Positions 28,596 through 39,702 of a stretch of DNA of 64,000 nt are shown piece after piece. The notes beneath the pieces are model-generated. The model was given only the letters and a program-made list of their open reading frames with translations, was not told where the DNA came from and made no database searches. The position numbers were made by a program, and so were the translations under genes. The DNA is from Opitutales bacterium (lineage in GTDB: Bacteria > Verrucomicrobiota > Verrucomicrobiia > Opitutales > JABSRG01): NCBI GenBank assembly GCA_049599475.1, contig JBMYOQ010000003.1, positions 32,001 to 96,000 of the forward strand, in the 5' to 3' direction. Each line of letters starts with the position of its first letter. Positions within the stretch are counted from its first letter, which is position 1.

Positions 28596-30863
28596 CTAGC
28601 TCAGGTTCATTGGGTCCACATCGAAGACATCAAGCACGTCGGACGAAGACTTGAACTGCGCGCGAATCTCCTGAAGGCGTCGGCTCGCCTTGGTCGGATT
28701 GTCGGTGAAAAACCAGACATGGTAGCGATACTCATCTCGAATTTTCGCGATGGGTGCTGGAGCTGGCCCGCGGATCTCGGCAATGCCGCCTAAATGCGCT
28801 TCCGCAAACACCACCCATTGATCGATCACAAAGCTGACTTTGTCTTCATTGCGCCCGCGAAAAATGTGGCGAATCAGGTGTCGGAATGGAGGATAGGTAA
28901 ACTCGCGTCGCTGATCTAATTCTTCCGCCAAAAAGCCCTCAAAATCGTTCTGTCGTGCGAAAAGTAAGGGGCCCGAATGGGGCGTAAACGTCTGCGCAAT
29001 AACATCGCCAGCGGCATCGCCTCTTCCGGCTCGCCCCGCAACTTGAACCAAAAGTTGAAAGGTCCGCTCGGCAGCCCGGAAGTCGGGCATGTGCATCGAT
29101 AGATCTGCATCCACAAGACCAACCAGTGTTACATTCGGAAAATCCAAGCCCTTGGCAATCATCTGCGTGCCGATCAAGACATCGATCCTGCCACGCCGAA
29201 AGTCATTCAAAATGGTCCGATACAAATCCTTCCGCTTCATGGTATCCGTATCCATTCTTACCACATTAGCTCTCGGTAGGATGTCCTTCACAGAAGCTTC
29301 AATCCGCTGTGTGCCGAAACCTCGTTTTCTCAATTGCCGAGAACCACACTTGGGACACAGCCCCGGCACGGGCTGCTCGATACCAGACAAATGGCAACGA
29401 AGCACCTCTTCTGCAGCGTGATAAGTCATCGAAATACTGCTGTTCGGCGACTCCGCAAACCAACCGCAATCTAAGCACTGCAGAGCATTGGCAAACCCTC
29501 TTCGATTGAGAAAGAGAATGCTCTGTTCTTTCTTTTCAAATCGGTCCCGCAACTGATCTATCAACCGTTGGGATAGGCCCATTGCCGCCTTATTCTTTAA
29601 GACTTCTAGACGCATATCCACGATGTGAATCGTCGGAAGCTGCCGATCATCGATCCGCTTATTCATGAGGTCCACGGCGTATTTCCCCTGTTCCACATTG
29701 AACAGAGTCTCCAGCGAAGGTGTCGCGGACCCCAAAATACAGAGGGCTCCTTCAGACTTCGCACGGACGACCGCTAAATCGCGCCCTTGATACCGCGGCG
29801 ATTCATCTTGCTTGTAGGAGGGCTCGTGCTCCTCATCCACCACGATTAATTTCAAATTCTTCAACGGGGCAAAAATCGCCGAGCGAGCACCCACAACAAT
29901 ACGCGTTTCTCCCAACGCCACTTCACGCCAGGCATCGAAACGCTCTCCATCAGATAGATGGCTATGCCAAGCGACAGTTTTAAGCCCCTTGGCTTCCAAC
30001 CGTGCTCGAAGGCGGCTCACCGTCTGCGGAGCTAGTGCAATTTCCGGAACGAGAAATAAGACCGATCCCCCCGCATCGAGCACGCGCTCCGCGGCCTGCA
30101 AATACACTTCAGTTTTCCCGGACCCCGTCACCCCATGCAAGAGGCGCACTGAGAAGCCACCGGTCTCAAGAGCTTGCTCATAGGAGCTGACCACTCGCGC
30201 CTGATCCTCAGTCAAATCCCACGACTTAGCTGCTGAAACCACTTCGTGCTCACCGATTTCGTCACTGTATGGATCTCTCGATACTGTCTCGTAGCTCTCA
30301 CTGAGCCATCCTTTATCCACAAGAGCTTTGTAGCTTGAAGCACCGACTTTCAATCGCTTCAGGATAGTGGTTTTAAGGACCGGCTTAAATTGATCCTGGA
30401 TAAACTGATACAGTTTCGCCTGTTGTGGAGCACGTTTTTGAAGGCGTTCCAATTCATCGTCAGCAGGACGCGTTTTTCCCAATTCCACGAGCACGCGTAT
30501 CTTAGGCGCCATTCCCTTTCGAATTGCCGCGGGAATCATGCATTCGAGCACCTGATCCAGGGTAGCTGCGTAATAGACGCGCATCCAGCGTGCCAGCTCG
30601 ATCAGCGGACGCGTCAATACGGGAAACGGGTGCACGAGTTCGACAACATTCTTGAGTTCGAAGCCCACGGGCTGCTCATCCGTCACCTTATCGACAATCC
30701 CCAGTTCGTAGCGATTGCGCAAGGGCACCCGCACCATGCTCCCCACTGAGACCGCACTAACCATAGTCTCGGGTAAAGCATAGGTGAGCCCATTCGGGAA
30801 AGAGTTCCCGCCCGTCAAAGGAAAGACTTGGACGAAAATCTGAGCTGAGCGCACATCTGCCAT
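28596..30863 (-). CDS. priA: Primosomal protein N' (replication restart helicase)
   Basis: [53 protein letters not shown]. Confidence 0.96.
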   Translation of the reverse strand: MADVRSAQIFVQVFPLTGGNSFPNGLTYALPETMVSAVSVGSMVRVPLRNRYELGIVDKVTDEQPVGFELKNVVELVHPFPVLTRPLIELARWMRVYYAATLDQVLECMIPAAIRKGMAPKIRVLVELGKTRPADDELERLQKRAPQQAKLYQFIQDQFKPVLKTTILKRLKVGASSYKALVDKGWLSESYETVSRDPYSDEIGEHEVVSAAKSWDLTEDQARVVSSYEQALETGGFSVRLLHGVTGSGKTEVYLQAAERVLDAGGSVLFLVPEIALAPQTVSRLRARLEAKGLKTVAWHSHLSDGERFDAWREVALGETRIVVGARSAIFAPLKNLKLIVVDEEHEPSYKQDESPRYQGRDLAVVRAKSEGALCILGSATPSLETLFNVEQGKYAVDLMNKRIDDRQLPTIHIVDMRLEVLKNKAAMGLSQRLIDQLRDRFEKKEQSILFLNRRGFANALQCLDCGWFAESPNSSISMTYHAAEEVLRCHLSGIEQPVPGLCPKCGSRQLRKRGFGTQRIEASVKDILPRANVVRMDTDTMKRKDLYRTILNDFRRGRIDVLIGTQMIAKGLDFPNVTLVGLVDADLSMHMPDFRAAERTFQLLVQVAGRAGRGDAAGDVIAQTFTPHSGPLLFARQNDFEGFLAEELDQRREFTYPPFRHLIRHIFRGRNEDKVSFVIDQWVVFAEAHLGGIAEIRGPAPAPIAKIRDEYRYHVWFFTDNPTKASRRLQEIRAQFKSSSDVLDVFDVDPMNLS

Positions 30864-30957
30864 GAAGCCGACAAGAGTGCCATGCAACCTCTCAAAATTG
30901 CACGCAGGAAATGCTTTGACTCACGATTTCTTCAGTATCAATTTTGTCTCAATAAGC

Positions 30958-31437
30958 ATGAACGACCCTGAAGAAAGCCAACGCGACCCTATTTTCGACT
31001 CATTTAAGGAGTTCCTCTATGCGCGAGGTCTGCGAGTGACAAACCAGCGTCTCGCCATCTTCGACGCTGCGTTCAACATGAAGGATCACTTCACAGCCGA
31101 CACTCTACTAGAAAAGGCCAAAGCGATCGATACTTCGGTGTCCCGCGCTACAGTCTATCGCAGCATTCCCATTCTCGTAGAGAGTAATGTTATCCGCGAA
31201 GTCGATGTAGCCAAAGACTACAAATTCTACGCGACAAATCACGAATCTGAGAATTTTAAAGCTCAGGTCGTTTGCGCAAACTGCGAGAAAATCCACGAGA
31301 TCGATGCCCCCTTCATGGAGTGGTATGGTAAGTCCGTTGCGGATAAACTGAATATGGACATTATCTCCAGACGCCTTCAAGTCGTCGCGAGCTGCAAGAA
31401 GGGCGACGCATGCCCTGATCGCCAAACTCGAGCCTAA
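30958..31437 (+). CDS. fur: Fur-family transcriptional regulator
   Basis: [23 protein letters not shown], CxxC.KIHE; ATG at 30958. Confidence 0.85.
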   Translation: MNDPEESQRDPIFDSFKEFLYARGLRVTNQRLAIFDAAFNMKDHFTADTLLEKAKAIDTSVSRATVYRSIPILVESNVIREVDVAKDYKFYATNHESENFKAQVVCANCEKIHEIDAPFMEWYGKSVADKLNMDIISRRLQVVASCKKGDACPDRQTRA

Positions 31438-31470
31438 TGGCACCTTGCTAAACGAATAGCGACCGAAAAT

Positions 31471-31836
31471 ATGTCTGAAAGAGATTTGGAATTCGAAGTC
31501 GGTTTTTTCGAAGGAGTTTACAAACGGGGCAAACGAGATACGCGTGTCATAGAAATTCTGGGGCATCTCTATACCAAAACAGGTAAAATCACTGAAGGCT
31601 TACGTATGGACCGGACTCTGGTGCGCCTAGAGCCCGAAAATGCCCTCGCCCACTACAACTTAGCCTGCAGCCTAGCGCTGAAGAAACGAAAAAAGGAAGC
31701 CGTCGCATCGCTGGAAAATGCGGTTTCCCTCGGTTACAGCGATCTGGCGTGGATGTGCCGCGACCCTGATTTGGAATCCCTGGAGGGATATCATGCATTC
31801 GACGCGCTGATCGAGAGACTGCGCCACATTTTATAG
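31471..31836 (+). CDS. Small TPR-repeat protein (TPR end-of-group type)
   Basis: LGHLYTKTG, P.NALAHYNLACSLAL, A..LGY......DPDLESL. Confidence 0.8.
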   Translation: MSERDLEFEVGFFEGVYKRGKRDTRVIEILGHLYTKTGKITEGLRMDRTLVRLEPENALAHYNLACSLALKKRKKEAVASLENAVSLGYSDLAWMCRDPDLESLEGYHAFDALIERLRHIL

Positions 31837-31936
31837 GGTTCAACATTCGAACTAGGCCACATTAGGAAGCCTTATTTAATCCAATTCGAAATAGATCATC
31901 GTTGAACCGTAGGCCGCGCAGGGACAGTCTTCTACC

Positions 31937-32434
31937 ATGAGCAAAATCGTGATCCTCTGCGTTGATGACGAAGCCGAGGTCCTTCAAGCCGTCGTGCGTG
32001 ACCTCTCCGAAATTGAAGATGTCTTTCCGGTTGAGATCGCGGAAAATGCGGCCGACGCCGAATCAGTGATTGATGACATTCGCAATAGCGGCAACCGACT
32101 GGGAGTGATTGTGTGCGATCACCTTATGCCAGAGAAAAACGGTGTTACTTTCCTCAAGGAAACCAATGAGGAGATGGGGCTTTCCGAAACTCGTAAAATT
32201 TTGCTCACCGGCCAAGCGAGCCACGAGGATACCATTGAGGCGATCAACGAGGCTCATATCAGCAGTTACATCGCAAAACCTTGGGATCCCGAAGATTTGC
32301 GCAAGCATGTCCGCACGCAACTTAGCGAATATATCGTGAAAGCCGGCATCGACCCAATGCCTTATATCCAAGACCTCGACCCGGTGATTATCGGAGAGGC
32401 CATTCGCCAAAAAGGCCTTTTGAGCGACGCATAG
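31937..32434 (+). CDS. Single-domain response regulator with short C-terminal extension
   Basis: ILCVDDE, CDHLMP..NG, ILLTG, YIAKPW. Confidence 0.88.
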   Translation: MSKIVILCVDDEAEVLQAVVRDLSEIEDVFPVEIAENAADAESVIDDIRNSGNRLGVIVCDHLMPEKNGVTFLKETNEEMGLSETRKILLTGQASHEDTIEAINEAHISSYIAKPWDPEDLRKHVRTQLSEYIVKAGIDPMPYIQDLDPVIIGEAIRQKGLLSDA

Positions 32435-32532
32435 CTCTCCGTCGGAGAATATTCCTCCAAATCTGAGGAAAATCAGATTTACGAGTTGGCATCCTACTCG
32501 CAATCGGTCGTATTCCACTACAGCGACCGATC

Positions 32533-34209
32533 ATGCGTTCTCTCCTCGCCACCCTTTTCGCAATTGCTGCCTTTCCGATGGCTGTCGCATTGCTGTTTCT
32601 GGGCTCGGCGATACCCGGCCAGAGATCCGGTATTTCTCCGGCTCGCCTTACATTTGTCGGCGCCCAAGGCCCCAGCCTTATTGATGAGGCAGAAGCGCTC
32701 CTAGCCCGCGGCAAACCTGGTCCCGCTCGATTCCTCACACTTGCTTCGGACGCCATCCACTCCTCAGCACTCCTCGACAGCATCGATAAACGCCTCGAAG
32801 ACGATCCCTTCTTGAAAATTGCGGGAGGTCGGGATCCCTATTTTTCGGAGTTATCTGATCTCCTGAAAAACCAGTCACAACCGATACCCGGCAAGGCAAG
32901 TGCGGCTAATTTCATCGTCTTTGGCCCCGCTAGAGAGTCTCTAAGTCGCATGCTCAGCTATTCCGAGAACGACTGGGTACAACGCATTCTCTCCGGTCGA
33001 ACCATCACAGGCCTACCGCATTTACCCCCTTCAGATTCAGCCGCAGGCGCTCCGATGGAGACTGCCCTGCTGATCTCAGCCCTGCTCACCCAAAGCGAAG
33101 CCATACCCAGTAAACTCAGCATCGAGTTAGCCAATTGGATAGACCGTGCCAAGCAGCGCGACGTGACAATACTCCCCATTCTTGATCGCGCCCTCATCGA
33201 TACCTTAGGACTCGCTCAGCGGATGGATTGGGAGACTTTGAAAACAGTCTTCGGCAGATCCGAGAGCTGGGACAGCATTTCTTGGCTCAATGCAGCTCTG
33301 CGCGCGCCAGATACCGATACCGGCACCAATGCAGAAATCATTTCCGCCTGGCTGACAGTTGCTTCCACAGAAGCATTTCGTACCTACATCGCAACGCACC
33401 CAAGCCAGGGATGGAATGATGTGTCCACCAGCTTACGGCGGGGGATCGATTCTTTGGATCTCCTGATTCAAGAAGACCGCCCAGTCTATCAACCCCCTGA
33501 GTGGCTCGCGAATATCTACCCATCAGCGGCGCGTAATGTTGAAACCCTCAGCCTCGATTGGACCACAGGAAAGTACTCAAAGCTTTCAACTCTTCGCTTC
33601 TCTCTTTTCGCCCTCGCAGGCCTCGTTGTTTCAGCCTCTCTCATCTTTTTTCTCAAAGTTGCTGATCAATTAGAAATACAAGCCACCAAAGCTACCCTTG
33701 CATCTGGCACAACTGCTGCAATATTCACACTGATATCCTGGGCTCTTACAGAACCTAGTCTCTTAGAATCCACGCAATCTTCCACTCCCGAAATCCGTTT
33801 TAATGCCGGCCCCGGCGCACTTATGGGGTCTCTGAAAGCCGCCGCTATGAATCCAGGATCTATAGACCAAGTCACACTGCTCGTGCTAGGAGTATTCCTA
33901 CTCATTCAAATCATCATTTATTTGGTCTGCTTGGTCCGCGTGAGCGACATCAACAAGCAACCGGTCAGTCCATCGCTGAAAATCGCCCTTTTGGAAAATG
34001 AAGATAGCCTCTTCGATACAGGATTATATGTCGGCCTCGGCGGAACGGTGCTTTCCCTGATTCTTGTCACCTTGGGCATCGTCGAAGCCAGCATCATGGC
34101 GGCCTATGCCTCGACCCTATTCGGGATCATCTTTGTGGCGGCTCTGAAAATCTTCCACGTCCGTCCCCTACGACGCTCCCTGATTATCCAAAACGAGAGA
34201 CCCTTGTAG
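32533..34209 (+). CDS. Membrane protein with C-terminal MotA/TolQ/ExbB-like helices
   Basis: N-terminal TM, large soluble domain, five C-terminal TMs; the last two (LYVGLGGTVLSLI, IMAAYASTLFGII) resemble ExbB TM2 and TM3. Confidence 0.6.
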   Translation: MRSLLATLFAIAAFPMAVALLFLGSAIPGQRSGISPARLTFVGAQGPSLIDEAEALLARGKPGPARFLTLASDAIHSSALLDSIDKRLEDDPFLKIAGGRDPYFSELSDLLKNQSQPIPGKASAANFIVFGPARESLSRMLSYSENDWVQRILSGRTITGLPHLPPSDSAAGAPMETALLISALLTQSEAIPSKLSIELANWIDRAKQRDVTILPILDRALIDTLGLAQRMDWETLKTVFGRSESWDSISWLNAALRAPDTDTGTNAEIISAWLTVASTEAFRTYIATHPSQGWNDVSTSLRRGIDSLDLLIQEDRPVYQPPEWLANIYPSAARNVETLSLDWTTGKYSKLSTLRFSLFALAGLVVSASLIFFLKVADQLEIQATKATLASGTTAAIFTLISWALTEPSLLESTQSSTPEIRFNAGPGALMGSLKAAAMNPGSIDQVTLLVLGVFLLIQIIIYLVCLVRVSDINKQPVSPSLKIALLENEDSLFDTGLYVGLGGTVLSLILVTLGIVEASIMAAYASTLFGIIFVAALKIFHVRPLRRSLIIQNERPL

Positions 34210-34232
34210 ACCTTTTTTCCTGCTAAGCCGGA

Positions 34233-35729
34233 ATGAATCGAAGCATTCTATTGGTCATTTGCGATTTCTTGCTCTTGAGCATGCTCGCTCTGGCGCGTTT
34301 TGATCAGCCTGAAGAGGAAACCGTAGCCGAGACGGAGAGCGCTTCCATGGATCAAGCCCCTCCCGAGTCTGAGATTCTAGAGCTCCTCGAACTCAGTCTG
34401 CAAGAGGAGCAATCGATCCAGAGACAACTCAAAGAAGAACTCGAAGCAAAAGCACAGACGCTTGAAGAAACGGAGGCAGCCCGCAAAGCCACCGAGTCGG
34501 CACTGAGCGAAACAAAATCTGCGCTGAACGAGACAGCGGCCACCTTACAGCAGCGAGAATCTGCACTCGAAGAAGCTCAATCTCTTGCCGATGAGCGATT
34601 TGTAGAATTGAGCGAAGCTCAGCAAAAGGCGCAAGAGCTGGAATCTTCGTTTCAAGAATCCGAAGCAGTAAAAGCAGAACTGGAAAAGACCCTTTCCACC
34701 GCTCAATTATCCAGCGAGGTAGCTCTCGAAAGATTACGCCAGACCGAAGCATCACTCGCAAAGGCTGAGGCGGAAAAAGCAGCCCTTGAGGCAGAAAAAG
34801 CCAAGATCGATGCCGAACGCCGCGAAGTTGAAAAACGAGAGCAGTCGCTGAAAACCGAACTGCGAGTCGCCGAGACTGAGCGAAACCTTATCGCAAAGAA
34901 CCTCGAAAACGCTCAGATACAGCTCGAGACCGTCCAAATCGAAAAGCAGGCCTTGCAGCAACAGACTGAACGGCTGAGTGAGGGTGTTTCCAATCTCGCA
35001 CAGACCTCTCAAGAAATCAGAAAAGAGATCCAAGAAAGTCAGCCGCAGTCTCCGGCAAATATTTTCAGTCAGTTTAAGGACGAGCGCGTGACTCTGACAT
35101 GGCAGGCCACATATTCTGGCATGTTCGGCACCCGCAATCGGCAATTCGAAAGCGACGGAATATTAGTCGAAAGTTCCCAGGGCACTCACATTGTTTTCCT
35201 GACCGAAGAGACTCCTTTCAAAGCAGACAGTCAATGGACAGCCCCCATGAACCTTAAGCTGCAAATATCCGGCTCGAATGGCTTCGAAACAGCACCAGTA
35301 GCCGTTTCATTTTCAGCAACGGACCCGCGAATCGGCATTATACCTGTAGCCTTGGGCAGAGAATCATCGATAAGCTTCTCAAAAGACCCTTTCCGTTTCG
35401 ATAAAGCGGTGCTCGTGAGACCCGAGAACGGCTACTACGGCGAGGCGGGCTACCGCTTATCCCCCCAATCGAATCTGGTCCTAGATCTAGATTCTCGGAT
35501 CCTCTCCGGTTTATTTGGAGACTTTAATCCGAGCCAAGGCGACTTTGTCTTCGCCCTTACGGGAAACCTCGCAGCGATGATGATCAACGGCGATCGAGCC
35601 ATACGTCTCGAATCCCCGAGCAACTCACATTCGATTCCTGTGAACGACTCCTACAAGGCAGAGCAGGCCAAGAGCACAATGGACCAAATCAATGGCCGAA
35701 TCTCCCGCCTGCCTTCCAGTCTTCGCTAA
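34233..35729 (+). CDS. Single-pass protein: Asp-containing TM, long coiled coil, trypsin-like C-terminal domain
   Basis: MNRSILLVICDFLLLSMLAL; ~230-aa heptad-rich region; C-terminal NPSQGDFVFALTGNLAAMM. Confidence 0.6.
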   Translation: MNRSILLVICDFLLLSMLALARFDQPEEETVAETESASMDQAPPESEILELLELSLQEEQSIQRQLKEELEAKAQTLEETEAARKATESALSETKSALNETAATLQQRESALEEAQSLADERFVELSEAQQKAQELESSFQESEAVKAELEKTLSTAQLSSEVALERLRQTEASLAKAEAEKAALEAEKAKIDAERREVEKREQSLKTELRVAETERNLIAKNLENAQIQLETVQIEKQALQQQTERLSEGVSNLAQTSQEIRKEIQESQPQSPANIFSQFKDERVTLTWQATYSGMFGTRNRQFESDGILVESSQGTHIVFLTEETPFKADSQWTAPMNLKLQISGSNGFETAPVAVSFSATDPRIGIIPVALGRESSISFSKDPFRFDKAVLVRPENGYYGEAGYRLSPQSNLVLDLDSRILSGLFGDFNPSQGDFVFALTGNLAAMMINGDRAIRLESPSNSHSIPVNDSYKAEQAKSTMDQINGRISRLPSSLR

Positions 35730-35974
35730 CAGAGACATCCCAAAGGCCCCAATTGGTCCTTCTCGGAAAACGCATGCGGATCTCAGGGATTTCCCGTAGG
35801 CTTTCTGACACGAATACCGGATAAAAAACAAAGCGGACGATTCAAATGTGATAATAACACGTATCATTAAAATTAATTGTAAAACCATTGTTAGTGCCCC
35901 TCCAGACGTAACCTTGATCAGCGAATTAGGTTAAATCGGAGTAATCACACCTACGGCTCCAATCCTCATAGACC

Positions 35975-38056
35975 ATGCATCAATATCGATATCTACTATC
36001 TTTTATAGCAGGGGCATTCGGATGGATCATCAGTAGCACAGGGCTCTCGGCAGACACCGTCTCAACTCAGACTATCGACGAGACCGTTCACGCCGAAAAA
36101 ATTGACGGCCTTGTGTTTTCGAAAATCCAGACCTCTGAGCTCACCCCCGCCCCCATAAGCGACGAACACACGTTTACCCGAAGAGTTTACTTAGATACAA
36201 TTGGCCGCATTCCTACGGTCTCAGAGCTTGAGACCTACATCAACTACGAGCACCCAAATAAACGCAACCGTCTCATAGACCACCTCAGCCGACACCCCGG
36301 CAGAACGAGTCATCAGTTTAACATCTGGGCGGATCTCCTAAGAATTAAGAGCCAGACGCGGCAGCAGCCCGGAGTCGGCGCAGCTTACGCAAACTGGGTA
36401 AAGGAAGCGATCAGCTCCAATATGCCCTACGACCAATTCGTCCGCGAACTCGTCACAGCGGAAGGCTATCCGTGGGAAAACGGCGCGATCGGTTACAGCA
36501 TGCGCGATGCGGGCATGCCCTTGGACAATTTATCCAACACGATCCAAGTATTCCTAGGCACTCAGATTGTCTGTGCCCAGTGTCACGACCATCCTTTTGA
36601 CGACTGGACTCAGCACCAATACTACGAGACAGCCGCGATGACCTATGGTCTGCATAATCGTATCAATTATCGCCAAAAAGAGGGATTCGTTGAGTTTCGC
36701 AACCTCCTGAAAGATAGCACTTTAGATAAAAAGGACAAAGAGCGTGTGCGCATTGCTGCTGGGCGGGCCTTCAGACCGCTATCTTACGGAAATTCCGAGA
36801 GCAAACGCCAACTCAAGCTCCCCCACGATTATCAATACAATGATGCAGAACCCAAGCAGGTCGTAGAGCCCTACCCACTCTATGGTGAAATCGACGAAAC
36901 GATCACTATCGATAATCGCCTTCAAGTCTTCAGTGAATGGCTCACAGATTCCGAGAATCCACGTTTCGCCAAAACGATAGCCAACCGGACTTGGAAGCGC
37001 CTCATGGGCGTCGGACTCTTCGAACCCGTAGATGATTATCGCCCTACGAGCGATATTTCCAATCCAGATCTGCTGGAATACCTCGAGACCCTATTGGTAG
37101 ATCTCGACTTCGATCTTCAGGCTTTCGAGCGCATTTTGTTAAAAACAGAGACGTATCAACGCGTAGCCCTACCCTACACGCCCGAGGATTATACTTCATA
37201 CGCCTTTGAGGGACAGCAACTCAAGCGCTTGTCGGCGGAGCAACTTTGGGACTCGATCATCGCAATCGTCACGGAGGACCCCGAAAGCATCCAGCGCCCA
37301 TACAATCCCGAACTTCTGTTCAATGGCCAGCTGGCACTGTTGAGTTTGACTCCGTACCAGATGGCGCACTTGAGCCTCGAATACGCGAACAAAGACGACG
37401 AGCTACGTGAGGGAATCATCCGAATCACCAAAGAGTCCCGTCTCGCCCGCGAATCTGGCAATCAAAATAAAGTCCGCAATCTTCAAAAAGAGCTAGGAAA
37501 ACTCACTCGCGAGCGCCGCCAGCTCATGGAAACCCTTTCGTTAAAATACCAAGGCATGCCCGCGGATGCTAAAAGCTACGCATCTAGCATGAATTCTATG
37601 AGTATGATGGGCGGAGAGATGATGGACAGTAGCATGTCTGAGAGTAGCGAAGCCAAGGGAGCGCTTTTGCAAAAAATGCGCAGGCTCCGCACGGCTCGAG
37701 CTTCCGAGCTTCAGAGTCCCACGAATCCAGGACATCTCCTGCGAGAGCTAGGACAATCCGATCGCGAGTTGATCGACAATGCTTCCACGGAGCCTACCGT
37801 GCCTCAGGCACTCGCGATGATGAATGGCACCTGGCAAGCACAGCTATGGAGTAAGAATTCTACCCTCAGAAAGCGTGTCTACGACACCTATGAGACGGAC
37901 GAGAAACTCGACCTGCTTTTCCAATCGACTCTTTCACGGCCTGCGACACCTGAAGAACACGCTATCCTCACGGATAAAATGGAGACGGGTGAATACTCTG
38001 ACAAAGAGCTCCTATGGGCTCTGCTCAATACGCGGCAATTCATGTTTATCCAGTAG
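35975..38056 (+). CDS. DUF1549 (PSCyt2) / DUF1553 (PSD1) domain protein
   Basis: RRVYLDTIGRIPT, NMPYDQFVREL, FLGTQIVCAQCHDHPFD.W, ANRTWKRLMGVG, RLSAEQLWDS, PQALAMMN, WALLN..FMF. Confidence 0.9.
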   Translation: MHQYRYLLSFIAGAFGWIISSTGLSADTVSTQTIDETVHAEKIDGLVFSKIQTSELTPAPISDEHTFTRRVYLDTIGRIPTVSELETYINYEHPNKRNRLIDHLSRHPGRTSHQFNIWADLLRIKSQTRQQPGVGAAYANWVKEAISSNMPYDQFVRELVTAEGYPWENGAIGYSMRDAGMPLDNLSNTIQVFLGTQIVCAQCHDHPFDDWTQHQYYETAAMTYGLHNRINYRQKEGFVEFRNLLKDSTLDKKDKERVRIAAGRAFRPLSYGNSESKRQLKLPHDYQYNDAEPKQVVEPYPLYGEIDETITIDNRLQVFSEWLTDSENPRFAKTIANRTWKRLMGVGLFEPVDDYRPTSDISNPDLLEYLETLLVDLDFDLQAFERILLKTETYQRVALPYTPEDYTSYAFEGQQLKRLSAEQLWDSIIAIVTEDPESIQRPYNPELLFNGQLALLSLTPYQMAHLSLEYANKDDELREGIIRITKESRLARESGNQNKVRNLQKELGKLTRERRQLMETLSLKYQGMPADAKSYASSMNSMSMMGGEMMDSSMSESSEAKGALLQKMRRLRTARASELQSPTNPGHLLRELGQSDRELIDNASTEPTVPQALAMMNGTWQAQLWSKNSTLRKRVYDTYETDEKLDLLFQSTLSRPATPEEHAILTDKMETGEYSDKELLWALLNTRQFMFIQ

Positions 38057-38077
38057 CCCCCCTACCCAAACCACCCC

Positions 38078-39373
38078 ATGAACCCACTTTTTAAAGCCAA
38101 CGATTTCACGCGGCGCCAATTCATGGAACGCGCGGCGAAGCTCCTATTTGGAGTGAATTTATTGCCTGTATTCGATCAAAATATCGCAGGTGCTGCGGTG
38201 GACGCCGCTAGTAAGATCACCCCCAACGGTAAGCGAGCAAAGAATGTAATCTATCTCTACATGGCCGGAGGTATGAGCCAGATGGATACATTCGACCCAA
38301 AGCCCAAGAGCGACAATCAAGGCCCAGTAGACTCAATTGGTACCGAAGTGGATGGCCTATTCGTGAGCCAATACCTTCCTCTCATGGCGATGCAGATGCA
38401 AGATGTCGCGGTGATTCGCTCCCTGACGTCCACTCAGGGTGCCCACCAGCAAGGGCGCTACTTCATGCACACAAGCTACGCTCCCCGCGGTACCATTAAG
38501 CACCCAGGGCTCGGATCATGGATTTTGGCCCTTCAAGGGCGAGACAATGTAAATCTTCCCGGCGCAATCCGAGTCGGCGGCAATGACGGTGGTCCCGGTT
38601 TTTTGGGTACCGAATTTGCCCCGGTCCCCATCGGAGACCCCAACAAAGGCTTACAAAATATAAAGCCCTACGGAAAAGTAAGCACCGAGGATATCGAGGA
38701 CAGAATCTTCCTTTCAGAACTTCTCGATGTAGAATTTCACAAAGAATACCCAGTCGAAAAAGTCCAGAGCTACGAAACCGTATACCGTGAAGCGATCAGC
38801 TTGATGAGCAGCTCAGATATGGACGCCTTTAACATCGGCTCAGAGCCGGAAAGCCTCCGCAGAAAATATGGGGCATCTCGATTTGCCCGAGGATGTCTCC
38901 TCTCGCGCAGACTTATCGAAAACGGTGTGCGCTTTGCCGAGGTAATCCTGGGAGGATGGGACACCCATAACAACAATTTCGAAAATGTAGAGGCCAAGGC
39001 CATGGAGCTGGATCAGGCTCTGAGCGCCTTATTGCAAGACCTACGGGAGCGCCAGCTGCTAGATGACACTCTGGTAGTCGTGTCCACAGAGTTTGGGCGC
39101 ACGCCAAAGATCAACGCAAATAATGGCCGCGACCACTTTCCCAAGGCATTTACCTGCCTGCTCGCCGGAGCAGGGATCAAAGGGGGCACCATCTATGGGT
39201 CGACAAATAGCGATGGCACCGAAGTCGAGTCGAACCCCATTACGATTCCCGATTTCAACGCCACGATCGCCCAAGCGGTCGGCCTCCCGATTCACGATGA
39301 AATCAGAGCTCCAAACGGGCGCCCATTCACCATCGCAAACGACGGCAAACCCGTCACAGACCTATTTATCTAA
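38078..39373 (+). CDS. DUF1501 domain protein (Tat-like signal)
   Basis: TRRQFM; YMAGGMSQMDTFDPK, RRLIENGVRF, GWDTH, EFGRTP.IN...GRDH. Confidence 0.92.
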   Translation: MNPLFKANDFTRRQFMERAAKLLFGVNLLPVFDQNIAGAAVDAASKITPNGKRAKNVIYLYMAGGMSQMDTFDPKPKSDNQGPVDSIGTEVDGLFVSQYLPLMAMQMQDVAVIRSLTSTQGAHQQGRYFMHTSYAPRGTIKHPGLGSWILALQGRDNVNLPGAIRVGGNDGGPGFLGTEFAPVPIGDPNKGLQNIKPYGKVSTEDIEDRIFLSELLDVEFHKEYPVEKVQSYETVYREAISLMSSSDMDAFNIGSEPESLRRKYGASRFARGCLLSRRLIENGVRFAEVILGGWDTHNNNFENVEAKAMELDQALSALLQDLRERQLLDDTLVVVSTEFGRTPKINANNGRDHFPKAFTCLLAGAGIKGGTIYGSTNSDGTEVESNPITIPDFNATIAQAVGLPIHDEIRAPNGRPFTIANDGKPVTDLFI

Positions 39374-39556
39374 GGGTTCCCCCAAAAGGCTGATTGTCTT
39401 TAAATCTGCGTACTCGGGCAGAGCTATATTTCCGTGTAAAGGCCGCTGGGAGCCTGCGGAGCTCGCTTAACGACTGTGGCCGCCACAGGCGTACATCCCT
39501 TTCAATTTCTATCGCCCTACCGCCTCTGCGCTCATTCTGGGACGCACGGGTCTTAC

Positions 39557-39702
39557 AAATGGCGCGGCCATTAGAGAAGAAATGGGGCGTCCGCCGATCT
39601 CCGAGCTGTGGAAGACAGCAATTTCGCCCAGCTGATACGCCGCATTCGGCCGCTCGGAGATCGGCCGCTACCGATGACATCATCCTATACGCGGCGCCAT
39701 TT
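39557..39702. repeat. Degenerate REPIN-like inverted repeat (same family as 19319-19392)
   Basis: GCCGATCTCCGAGC (39593-39606) / GCTCGGAGATCGGC (39652-39665) perfect 14-bp IR; AAATGGCGC / GCGCCATTT outer IR; 39665-39701 matches the left arm of the 19319 palindrome (reverse complement) at 35 of 37 nt. Confidence 0.75.

Noticed and set aside
32533..35729. Zorya anti-phage system (ZorAB)
   Set aside because: No OmpA-like domain on the B subunit, the coiled coil is on B rather than a ZorA tail, no zorC/D/E nearby, and the context is housekeeping.
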